DNA of 64,000 nt from Balamuthia mandrillaris. Its lineage: Eukaryota. Both the position numbers and the translations under genes were made by a program. Under the pieces are notes generated by a model. That model searched no databases. It was not told the origin of the DNA and saw nothing but the letters and a program-made list of their open reading frames with translations. Below, in pieces: positions 48,389 to 59,259 of the stretch (within the stretch, counting starts at the first letter, position 1; each line of letters opens with the position of its first letter). The DNA is taken from positions 62,001 through 126,000 of the forward strand of contig JAVKOQ020000033.1 in the NCBI GenBank assembly GCA_031835245.2, written 5' to 3'.

Positions 48389-50077
48389 ATGGAGAAGCGT
48401 GGTGGGTTGTTTTTGCTGGGGTTGGCGACGGTGGTGCTCTTCCTTCTTCCCTGCCACGACACTGTCACAGCCCAGCCGAGCAGTACCGCCTCCAAGTTGC
48501 CACAGTCGGGCTTTGTTCGTGTTCTCTTTCGTTTCCTTCCTTTTTGTTTAGACCCCTTTGCTTACTTCTCTCTTTGGTGGTGTTTCGCAGACGTTCACCA
48601 ATGGGAAGTACTGCCCGAACGTGACGTACGCCTCCCCCATCAGCAAGGCCTCCCTCTACCACCTGGCCACCACGGGCGCCAACTGGGTGGCCCTCGTCGT
48701 GACCCAGTACCAGCGCACCCACAACTCCACCCAAATCTTCCCGCTCTACACCCCGCAGCACTCCGACCGGCCCCCGTGGTACTACACCTTCGTGACCGCC
48801 ACGGAGGAGGAGCTGAGCGACGCCATCCATCAGGCCCATGCCCTGGGGCTCAGGGTCATGCTTAAACCCCACGTCGACCTCACGGAAGACCCTGACCCTG
48901 GCATGTGGCGCGGGGACATCGGCAGGGGCTTCACGGAGGAGCAGTGGGCGGAGTGGTTCCGCTCTTACGAGCAGTTTTTGATGCCGTACGTTCGGCTGGC
49001 GGCTCGTACCGGCGTGGAACAGTTTTCGCTGAGCTGTGAGTTGATAGAGGCTTCTAAACAAGATGCTCATTGGAGGCAGCTCATTGCAAAGGTTTTTCTC
49101 TTCTCTTCTCTTCGTCGTTCTCTTCTCTTCTCTTCTCTTCGTCGTTCTCTTCTCTTCTCTTCTCTTCTCTTCTCTTCTCTTCTCTTCTCTTCTCTTCTCT
49201 TCTCTTCTTCTCTTCTCTTCTCTTCTTTCTTCTTTCTTTCTTCTTTCTTTCTTTCTTCTTCTTTCTTCTCTTCTCTTCCCTCTTCTCTTCTCTTCTTCTC
49301 TTTCTCTCTTCTCTTCTTTCTTTCTTCTTCTTCTCTTCTCTTCTCTTCTCTTCTCTTCTCTTCTCTTCTCTTCTCTTCTCTTCTCTTCTCTTCTCTCTCT
49401 CGCTCTCGTCTTGCTTGGTGCTCTGATAAAACAAGAAATGGGAGTGAGTACTTGCTATCGTTAATCACTAAACGTTAGGTGAGGGACAGCTACTCGGGGA
49501 CGTTGACGGACTCAGCCAATTGGGGCTGGCCCAATGCTACCGGTGGCGAAATCACCAACAAGACCTGGTGGGATGCTGTTGTAAGTTTTTCTTTGTTTCC
49601 TGTTTTCTTCCTCACTAATGCACGAAAAAAAAGGATATCATTGGGGTAGACGAATACTACCACCTTCTCCCGGAAGTCCCCAATCCAACGGTGGAGCAAC
49701 TGGAGGCGGCCTGGATACCCATCATAGAGCAGCTAAGGAAAGTCTCGCAGCGCTTCGACTCCAAGCCAGTGGTCTTCACGGAGATAGGCTATTGCTCCGG
49801 CCTTTGCCAAAGAGGTCGCCGGCCCTCCTCCTCCGACTTGAGGCAACAAGCAGTGCATTATGAAGCGGCCTTGCGGGTGATGATGAAAGAGAGCAGTTGG
49901 ATCTTGGGAGCGTTCTGGTGGAACTGGCCCACTGATGCTGCCTTTGGAGGGTATTCAGATGATTGCATGGCGCAGGCCTATAAGCCCGTGGAGGATGTGT
50001 TGCGAAAGTACTATCAGGCCACTTTGCCGGTTCCTCCGCCACCATCTTATCCGCCTTCCTGCTTGTGCACTTTGTAG
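48389..50077 (+). CDS. Secreted glycoside hydrolase, GH113-like (beta-mannanase-type TIM barrel; 4 exons)
   Basis: Signal peptide, then GANWVALV, AHALGLRVMLKPHV, WRGDI, WFRSY, FSLSCE (acid/base), WRQLIAKVR..YSGTLTDSANW, WWDAVDIIGVDEYY, KPVVFTEIGY (nucleophile) and GAFWWNW. Confidence 0.85.
49095..49400. repeat. (CTCTT)n pentamer microsatellite in a GH113 intron
   Basis: Long CTCTT tract between the GT at about 49092 and the AG at about 49478. Confidence 0.95.
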
Positions 50078-50173
50078 GTAAGAAATAATTTTAATCTATG
50101 CTGTACCATGTAGAATCCGTGTCTTTCTTTATTTCTCTGCGCTGTGTGTTTGTACATTGTTAGGTGTTTTGTG

Positions 50174-51526
50174 TTAATCTTCTTGGCCAACTGCTGGTGG
50201 CATTGCTTCATCCCATGGTCCATTTATCTCACTGTTCCACGCACCAAATTAGAGATGAACAAAAGAACAGAGAGAGAGAGAGAGAGAGAGAATGGAAATG
50301 AAGAAACGAACTCTTTAAACCGTTGAATGTACTTCAGCCACAGCGGACAAACAAAAGACACGAACAGAATGAACAAGACGTAGGCTATGCCAGCCGCCTT
50401 AGATACTTGCAATAAAAAGCCTGCCGCCAGTATGAACGTTATTACCGTAAGTGACACGTGCAGCCAGAAAGCATAGCGCTAGTTTTTAACAACAAACAAG
50501 AGTTAGCCAATGTTGAACGAGAGAGAACGAGAGAAGTACCTTGATGTGGTGGCGGATGATGGGAGATATAGCAAAGATCTGGACAGCAGCAATGAGCAAG
50601 GCAAAGACATGAGTGGAGGTAGAGAGCCTAGATGCCATAAGCACCGATAAGAAAATGGCAGCATTTAAAGACACAGGAGCTTCCATTCTTGCATAGTAAT
50701 GGAGATGTGAGTGGACATGAGAGCAGAATAACAAGAACCAGAAGAGCAAGAAGCAAGAAAGAATGATGAAGAAGGAAAAAGAGAGAAAAAAACCTGTCAG
50801 TGGAAGCATGAGTGTAGCCATAGTCATGAAGAAAAACGTGCAGGACGGTAAAAAGGATGGCAAGTGCCCAGATGGTGTCGTTGCTCACAGAGTCAACCAG
50901 CGTGTGGAGCACAGGAGACAATGCCACCAAAGTGAACGTCACCAAAGCCATACTTTTTAGACTGGACAAGAAAGAGGAAACTGATGTAGACAAAAAGATC
51001 AGATGAGAAATGAAAACAAAAAACGAAAAAGTAGCACCCTCACCTCGAAAGGTTGGATCGATGTAAAACCGAAATAGGTAGCAAAGAACTGTGAGGGCAG
51101 CCTCGATAACAAAGAGAGAGGTCGAGGAGAGCCACTCGTGCCAGGTAGCAATGAAAAGGAGGATGAAGAGAAGCGTGAAGTTCATGTGCTGCGTGACCGT
51201 CGTTGAATCCTTGATGAGCTCAACAATGTCATATTCTCGTTGATTTGCTGGATAATAACGGCGAAAGAGTCACTCAACAGAAGAATGAAGCACAAGAAGA
51301 AGGACAAGAAAAACAGCAAGACGAACGGAAAGAAGAGCACAGGCAGCAACACACCATTACGAATAAGACCACGCAGAAAAGTGTTGGGATCCACGTAGTT
51401 CGCCTCATAGGGCTGTTCTACCCACAAGATCTTCCTCCAAGGCGGCCTGGAGGCCGAACGGCTCCTCCTCCTCCTCGTTGCAGCGCTGCCAACCGTCCCT
51501 TCGGCAAGGGTTGCCGCCATCGACAT
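50174..51526 (-). CDS. PIGC: GPI-GlcNAc transferase subunit C (PIG-C/GPI2; multi-exon)
   Basis: PPWRKILWVEQPYEANYVDPNTFL, SPVLHTLVDSVSNDTIWA, VSLNAAIFLSVLMASRL and C-terminal EINGPWDEA. Confidence 0.93.
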
Positions 51527-51655
51527 GCTGCGCTATTATGCTTTGTTTTTGTTTTTTTCTTTCTTCTTGGTGTATTTATTCGTGTCGTCATGATCTTACA
51601 CTTAAAAATACGGTTGTCGACACTTTAATAGTCGACAAATATTACAGGCATTACC

Positions 51656-52690
51656 TCACTGCAACTTGTGGGCCACCGCGATGAGCGACCGGTTCTCCCA
51701 CCTCTTTGTGGCACGCCTCTCCTCAATGACGCGCTTCAAGATGACCTCGGCCTCTGGCCTTCTCTCCGTGGGGTAGAGCATCTTCATTACCGGGTTGGTA
51801 AGGAGCATGTCGACCACGAGGTCGGAGGCCTCCAAACCTTGCCAATCCCCGTCGTAGGTGAATAGCTTCACTGCGCCCTCTCCCTCAAAGCCTGCGGCGT
51901 GCAGCTGGTCCGCAAAGAACTGCTCGTCGGCGAGCTTGAATGCAGTTTCACGGATTAACTCAGCAGGAGGCCGCGGCGTCTCCAACTTGAACTCTTCGTT
52001 GAGGCGCGTTGCTGTGTCTATCATCAGGTCGGCCACGCTTGACACTTTCCACACCGCAATGGCTGCCCGACCACCTGGACGAAGCACTCGGTGCATCTCT
52101 CTGTGCAACAACAAACAAGGTTAGCTTGTTTCTAATATAAAACCTCCCATGCTATTCAGACAAGAGATGCGTACTTAAAGCTCTTCAAAAAGTCGGGGAA
52201 GAACATGGCACCAAAGATGCACCCAATGGCATCAACGCTTGCATTCTTGAGTGTAGACAAGTCCTGCAATAAAGAGGTGTGTCAGTGGAAACGGAGTCGA
52301 AGTGGAAAGCAAAGGGCTTTTACGCCAAAGAAAGCATACCTGTGCGTCCATCTGCCTGCACTCCACGATATCGCGGAGACCTTCCACCTTGGCCTGGAGC
52401 TCTGAGGCCTGGACCAAGGCTTCGCTAAAGTCGGTGCACAGCAACTTGGCCTCTTTGCCGGAGTTGGCGTGAATGCGGCGCAGCTCAGTAGCGGCCGGGA
52501 AGGCGAAGGCGCCCAAGCCGGCAGCAAGGTCGACCACGAAGGTATCCTCCTCTGTCAGCTGGAGCAAACGAAGGGCTTCGGTGGCATGGAGAACGGAGAG
52601 GTTACCCCACGCGGCGTTGCTCTTCTGTAGCTTGGTCAGCGAGTTGCCCCATTCCTGGCTGTTGGTAACGTGGTCGGACTGTTGCTGCAT
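51656..52690 (-). CDS. Class I SAM-dependent methyltransferase (3 exons)
   Basis: Motif I VVDLAAGLG, CTDFSEALV, MDAQDL, SVDAIGCIFGAMFFPD and EMHRVLRPGGRAAIAVW. Confidence 0.9.
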
Positions 52691-52908
52691 GTGTGTTTGT
52701 TCGTTTGTGTGGATAACGTTTTGGTGGATTACAAGGGCTTATTCTTATTCTTTTTTTAATGGCGGTAGTAAGGGATAATTCGGATTGGTTCATCGGTGAA
52801 AAAGTCACTTAAAATCCCGAACTCTCCGATAATTTTTCATTGGACCAACGAAAAACTTGCTGGAAAAAATTTACGGAGAAGTGATAGGAAGAAATGGTAT
52901 AATTCTTC

Positions 52909-54417
52909 TCAGGAGAGAAGCCGATGAAAGCAGAGAACCAAAAGGAATGAACCCACCGCATAAAACGATGCAAAGCTCACGATTCTCCACCACACATCAT
53001 CTTCTGTTTGCCTATGCTTCCGCTTGTTCGCTCTTGCTAACTCATAGCAAAGACTTCCAAGCCACTCAGAGATGAGCCAGACATAATGAAAGAACGGAGT
53101 AAAGTCGAAGAGATAACGGTCCTCCTTTGTCATCCACTTCCTGTATTTTTCGTCTTGTTCTTTCCTCTTTGATGCAGAGGAGGAGCAAGAAGAAGGAAGC
53201 GGAAGAGAGGCAATGATGAATTGTTCTTTGGAGGAAGATGCTTTGGCGAGGATGGCGCCGTTGGAGTCACAAATGGTGGACTCCCCTGGAAAGCTTCTTG
53301 TTAACTTGACTGGTAAAAAGGGTGCTGTTGTTTTCCACTTTCTTTTGGATGTGTTTCAATGTCAGACAAACGCAAAGAAAGAAACAAAGTTAATAAAAGA
53401 GCATACAAGACCCAAAAAACTACCCAAAACACCAAAAGAGTTTGCAAAGTAAACGAAAGAAAGGATGGATAAGCAAAAAAAAAAACCAACTTACCCTGTC
53501 TTGTTGCAATAGAGAGTTGGCACGCGGAGAATGGAGGCCACTTTGCTGCCAACAATTTGCACGTGCCGATGAAACGTGGCGACGTCGTTCTTTGTTGGAG
53601 GAAGAATAGAGGACAAGAAGGCAGGAGAGGAGATTTCAGGGACAGGACACGAGAACGGCATCAATAGTAGATCTAGTTCCAGGGTGGAGAGGTGTTGTAC
53701 TGTACTTTGTTGCTTGTAAGCTGGAAACGTGTTTGACTGAAAGAGAAACGACAAAGAAAAAGAGAAATGACGAAAGAGAGAGAAAAGGACAAAACGGAAA
53801 GAGAAACGGCTGAACAGAACAAGCACAAGAGCAGGGAGAACATACTGGCAAAGAAAGTTTTCATAACAGATGGAAACGCCAATGCGACCGATCGGTGTTT
53901 CAATGACATGCGGCCGCAGGCCATCCTCTCTGTCCGCGTCTCCCTCCGGCCGAAAGAAGAAGGCCTCGAAGGAAGCCGGTGTGCTCTTTCGGACCATGCC
54001 CCAACGCCGACCTTCCGGTGGGCCGTACATCAAAAACGTGTTGTAATAGTGCTCATCTTTGGGGTCAAATTCCACCAACGTGGTGCCAATGTAGATGGAA
54101 TATTTCAGTGCCATTTCGCGAAGAAAAGTTTGAGTGAGACCTTCCCCTCCTCCTCCTCTTTGAAATTCTTGCTCTGCTTCTTCTTTTTCTTTGATCGATT
54201 CGCTCGCCTCCCAAGTCCCACGCGTTGTAAAAGAGTAGCCAGCGGCCATCAGTTCAGGCAAGAGCACGAGCACAGGAGCTCTCGAGGCAGAGGAAGAGGC
54301 GGCGGTACGCTCTTCCAACTCTATCATGGCACGCTCTACCAACAACTTGGCTTTGTCGATGTTCGCTTCCGGTCGATCATTATCACAAGTCATCTGAAGG
54401 CAGACCGCCCAAATCAT
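52909..54417 (-). CDS. Carbon-nitrogen hydrolase (nitrilase superfamily) with C-terminal hydrophobic anchor (3 exons)
   Basis: Catalytic triad motifs VLLPE, VRK and GRIGVSICYEN; also HYYNTF and FPGESTICDSNG. C-terminus WWRIVSFASFYAVGSFLLVLCFHRLLS*. Confidence 0.88.
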
Positions 54418-54494
54418 TCTCTCTTGCTTTTTTTTTCTTTCTCCCCATAACACAGCGTCGACACGAGAAGAAGTGGAAAACTGTCGACGATTCA

Positions 54495-54506
54495 GGTTCG
54501 AATCCC
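54495..54506 (+). promoter_or_regulatory. Isolated Pol III B-box (GGTTCGAATCCC) not in a tRNA
   Basis: Exact B-box consensus followed by a T8 run at 54518-54525. The flanks do not fold into a cloverleaf. Confidence 0.5.
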
Positions 54507-54668
54507 ACTCTCTCGTCTTTTTTTTCACCAATAGGATCGATCTGTATTAATCGGGTTTATCCTTTTTTTGCAATTTTGTCGACGAATTGATTAATTAATT
54601 AACGTCACTTTTAAGGAGGCCTAAAAAAACAAAAAATAAAGCTGCAAAGTTGAAAAGAATACAATAAC

Positions 54669-56131
54669 ATGCGGCGATGTTTGTGGTTTATGGTCGCGTT
54701 GAACGTGGCCTTTTCTCTTTGTCTTCTTCTCTTGGCGCTGCGGTTCTTTCAGGCGCCCCCTCCACCACCCGTCATATACATACGCACGGCGGATGAGCCC
54801 CAGGCATTGGAGGGTAATGAGGAGCTCGCCGCGCTGTTCGGCCAGGGTGGGGAGGGCCAAGCGACGTCGGTGGATAGGAACAGCTTTGGCGTTATTTATG
54901 TGATGACCAAGTCGCCGCGGATGGCTGATCAGGCCTTCCTCTCCGCACAGAGCGTGCGGGCCATCTATCCCGGCATGCCCATCACGTTCTTTGTGGACAA
55001 AGCAACCAAGACTGTACGCGCACCTTTCATTTCTCTTTCATCTTCTCTTTTGTTGTTGTTGTTGTTCTTCTTGTTCTTCTTCTTCTTCTTCTTCTTCTTC
55101 TTCTTCTTCTTCTTCTTCTTCGAAGTCTTTCCTTTCTTTTGCTTTGTACTCAAAATATTCAACCAATCATCTGGAACATGACAAGCGTTTGGAGAAGCGG
55201 GAGAGAGAGTTGGGAAAGAAGAAGATGCCATACGACCAGCTGGTCTCCGTGGAGGATTGGAACGTGCCACGCCATCGCCTGGATCGTTTCTCCAAACTGA
55301 GGAGCATGCTCGAGTCTCCTTACTATAGGTATTCTCTCTTTTTCATTTTTTCCTTTCTTTTTTCTTTTTTCTTTTTCTTTTTCTTTTTCTTTTTCTTTTT
55401 CTTTTTCTTTTTCTTTTTCTTTTTTTCTTTTCTTTCTTTCATTTCTTTCTTTTTGTTTTCTTTTTTTTTTTAATCTTTGCATTTCTTTTTTAACTTCAAA
55501 AAAAAAATAAAAGAACAATGTTTTTGGATGCAGACACCTATTTCTGTGGAGGTAATATAACGGAGCTTCACTTTGACTGGCTGGATAGGTTCGACCTCGT
55601 CGGAGCGAGAGCGCCTCATCAAAAGGACGTCAAGTCTCGTCCTGACGGAGAAATACCTCGTCGCTTTCTTGAACTGAATTCAGGTGCGGTTCTTTTCTGC
55701 TCATTCTTTCTGTTCTGTTCTTTCTTTACTTTAGTTTTTTTCTGTTTCTGTTTCTTTTCTTCGTTCCTCCCAATGTCTTGACCTTCCTTCTTTCTTTATG
55801 ACACAAACATAACAAAACAGGAATGTTGGTCTTCCGTAAGACGCCACGAGTATCTTCCTTCCTCAAATTTTGGGCTCAAGTCCTCCTCGAACGGCCCATC
55901 GAAGGGAACGGCGACCAGAGCCCTCTGCGAGAGGCCCTCTGGCTCTTCTCCGACCTCAACTTTTACATCATCAGCGCCGAGTGGAACTGCAGGATGAAGA
56001 TGTCGTGCAAAGCGAATCCCACGTGTCACGTGCTGCACGCGCACGGAGTGGGGCAGGCCATGGCGAAAGAGACCAAGAAGGAGCCCTGGGTGCCTCCTCC
56101 TGAGCTCTGGAGACCAACTAAATTAAACTGA
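54669..56131 (+). CDS. Type II membrane GT-A-fold glycosyltransferase-like protein (4 exons)
   Basis: N-terminal TM helix, AFLSAQSVR, SKLRSMLESPYYRTMFLDADT (DxD), ELNSGMLVFRK, DQSPLREALW, EWNCR and HVLH. Confidence 0.8.
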
Positions 56132-56315
56132 AGGTGAGAATAAATCGTTTACAAAGAAAAGCAAGAAAGATAAAGCGAATGAAGAAGGACGAGGAAAGAG
56201 ATGAAGAGAAGTGATGAAAAGCAACACTGGTTGTTTGCTGTATTTGTGTTTGTGTTTTTTTTTTTGGATTTATGTTATTTGTTATTTGAACCAAGTAAAG
56301 AGAGACATAAATAAG

Positions 56316-57128
56316 CTAAGAAAAACCAAAACCGTAACCAAACATGCCCTTGATCCGGTTGAAAAAGTGGTCCATCCATGCGCCGCGCGTGCGATCCACC
56401 TCCTCGCTGGGCACGCCCTGCTGTTTCAAGCGAAGAGAGCAGCCATCGCTCGTGTCCTCCAAAGTGATCGTTACGGAAGAGAAATGATCTGGTTTGGTTT
56501 CGAGTTAAAAAGAGGAGAGAAAGAAGCGCCGAGAACAGGGAAGATGAAATACCTTCAGGCCAGGTACTGGTTCTCCATTTTTGTACAATTTTTTTGTTGG
56601 GGATCACCTCCACAAAGGTGCCTTGGACGTTGCCGCTGAAGAAGGCGAAAGCGCCTCCTGCTTTGGGCTCCAAAGTCACGGAACTTTGAGTGTACGCTGC
56701 AACTCTTTGTTTTTATTTTTAAATGTCAGAAGAGCTGAGAGAAAGAGAGAAGATAGAGGTAATACCTGTTGGGATCCATGAGGCATTCATAAATGTCTGA
56801 GCTGCGAGCTCTGAAGGGTACAGTGAGCTCGACGGTGTCGGTGTCAACACCGTTGCATTGGATGCTCATTTTGGCCATTTCCGCTTCTTGGCGTTTAAAT
56901 TCATCCCTCTTTTGTTTTTCCAGTTCTGCTTTTTGTGCAGCGGTGAGAGGAATCACTGTGCTTTGTTCTTTCAGGTCTCCTTTTTGTTCTGGTTTCGCAG
57001 TAAGGTGAGTTTTCGGAACAAAACAAAAACGAGAAAGAGGAGAAATGAGGAATTCGTTTCAGAACATAATTGTGTCCACAGATAAGATTCGGACATATGC
57101 TTGTCATTAATGTTTGGCTCATCACAAC

Positions 57129-57159
<31 letters not shown>

Positions 57160-57985
57160 GAGAGACGAGAGAAAGAGAATGAGAAACCTTTGATCTCAGA
57201 CAGAAGCTGAGATAAGGCCTTTCGAGAAGTGGGAATGCCTTGAGCTCGAAGCACCGAGAGAATGTTTGGGTTTTTCTTTGGATTCTTGTCTACTGTGACT
57301 TTAATCTGGTGTTGGAAAAGAGAACAGTATAAGGCTGTTTGTAGATAGGAAAGCAACACAAATATGAGAAAGAAGACATATGTACCTCGTGCTCCTCATC
57401 ACTATTCTCGAAGGAAACATCCGGCATTTTGATAGTTCCTTCCACATTCTCTCCTTCCCAAGTTCCTTTGTAAACACAAAAACAATCGATCAACGCACGT
57501 CCTCATAAGAAAGAAAAGATGCAGGAGAAGAGAGAAGAGAGAAGAGAGAACGAGAGAACGAGAGAGCAAGAAGCAGAAGGCGAGAAGAAGCAAGCATACC
57601 TTCCCACTTGAGCTTAATGTTAAGCTCATAAAAATGAAAGACTTTGCCTTTGCGAGTGTTGACGTTGGCCTCCCCGTCCAGCGAGTCCACTTTGGTGAGC
57701 TTGAGGCAGCCCTCCTCCCCCTCGTAGAGCACCTGCCCTTCAAAGAGCTCCGGCGCTCTCTTCTTTGCCCACGGCAACAAGTTCTTTTCTGTCCTGATAG
57801 GGTGTTTTTTTTTTGTTTGGTAGATCGGAGTAAAAAAAAAAAGAGCAGATGAGCACGTATTTCAGTTTAAAAAAAAAGTGGAGAGAGCGTGAGAGGGTGG
57901 GTTACCAGTGCCAGTTGTTGACGTTGGTTCCGTCCGTTCGCTCCGCAACAATCCATCTAGGATCACCTTCTCCCACTTTGGCCAT
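56316..57985 (-). CDS. AHA1: Activator of Hsp90 ATPase (Aha1; multi-exon)
   Basis: MAKVGEGDPRWIVAERTDGTNVNNWHWTEKN, GEANVNTRKGKVFHFYE, FAFFSGNVQG, KKIVQKWR..WPEG and FNRIKGMFGYG. Confidence 0.95.
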
Positions 57986-58870
57986 TGTTAAGTTATTTTA
58001 AAAAATGTAGTGAAGATTTTTTTAAAATAACAAAAACCAACAAAGCAATGGTGGGTGCGCGACCGAGTGCAAAAGAGTCAACAAACACAAAGGAGATAAC
58101 GCGGTCACCCCTACAGACAGGCTTCTTGTGCTGCTTGTTTCTTCTTCTTCTCTCTTTTTTTTTTCTGTGGCCAACAAAAAAAAAATGACGAACGAAAAAA
58201 ATGAATAATTTTCCGGTGACGTCAGCTTGGTGATGGATCTAAGATCCTCCCAATTCTCCGATCGAGAAACATGACGTAAATTTCGTCATATATTTCGAAG
58301 AAGTTTAACGCTCGATTCGAGGAAATTTTTGAAGGGGAAACTTCGGATAGTGAGGTTGGTGGTTCCGCGCTCCGTTCCAGCTTTGTCCAGCGTGAAAACT
58401 GCGACTTCGGGGGGACAAATCTGTAACCCCGTTCGTGTCCCACAGAGGTGAGTAAAAATTAGCATGAGGGGTACGACATCTTCCGTAATGAAAAAAAGTG
58501 CGAAGAGAGAAAGCTGCTCCCGTTTCCTCGCCTGCTTTCCTCCCCCTTCCCTCTAGCCCTATCTCACTGCTCCACTCAAACTATCCTTTGCGGGAGCACC
58601 CTACAAACCCTACGTGCCCCCGCTCTCGCTCTCTCTCTTTTTTAAAGTTTGTTTTACTTGAATGTGTGCCGTTCCGCTTGGCCACGAATCTTTCGTATGT
58701 TTGATGATATAAAAAAACGGGTCCAAGTACGTTTGCCACTTTCTTTCTCTTCTTCACTTGCATTTCTTTCACACTCACACGACAAACACTGTCAGTCAAG
58801 TTGACAGCTGTGGGCAAAGAGAGAAGGAGGGGGAGAGAGAGATTTGCACGCGCACACAAGAAAGACAGAG

Positions 58871-59222
58871 ATGAGCTTTTGGAAGAAGAGGAAGGGTTCG
58901 TCGACGACGACGACGGGTTCTGAGCATGACGGCTTGTTAGCTGACGGCAGGAGCAGCGTCAACTACAGTGTAGTGGACGATGCGGAGGAGGGCTCGTTGT
59001 CTTTCTCGCCGGATCACGATGACCACCTCGCTGGGTCGGGCTCGGGTGATGAGGACGAGGAAATCGAGGCGGTGGCCCATGCCACTCAGCGGGTCAAGAG
59101 CAGGAGGGACCACCTCACGGAGGTGGCTTTCCAGCACTACACCGGTGCTAAAGTGGAAGTTCCAGACAGTCACAACACCTCTCCTGTACCGATCTCTGTC
59201 TCCTCTCTCTCTGTCTCTCTCT

Positions 59223-59259
<37 letters not shown>

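Noticed and set aside
48389..56131. GH113, PIG-C, methyltransferase, nitrilase and glycosyltransferase as a biosynthetic cluster or HGT island
   Set aside because: A core eukaryotic gene is interleaved, all genes have host-style introns, and no mobility genes or coherent pathway are evident.
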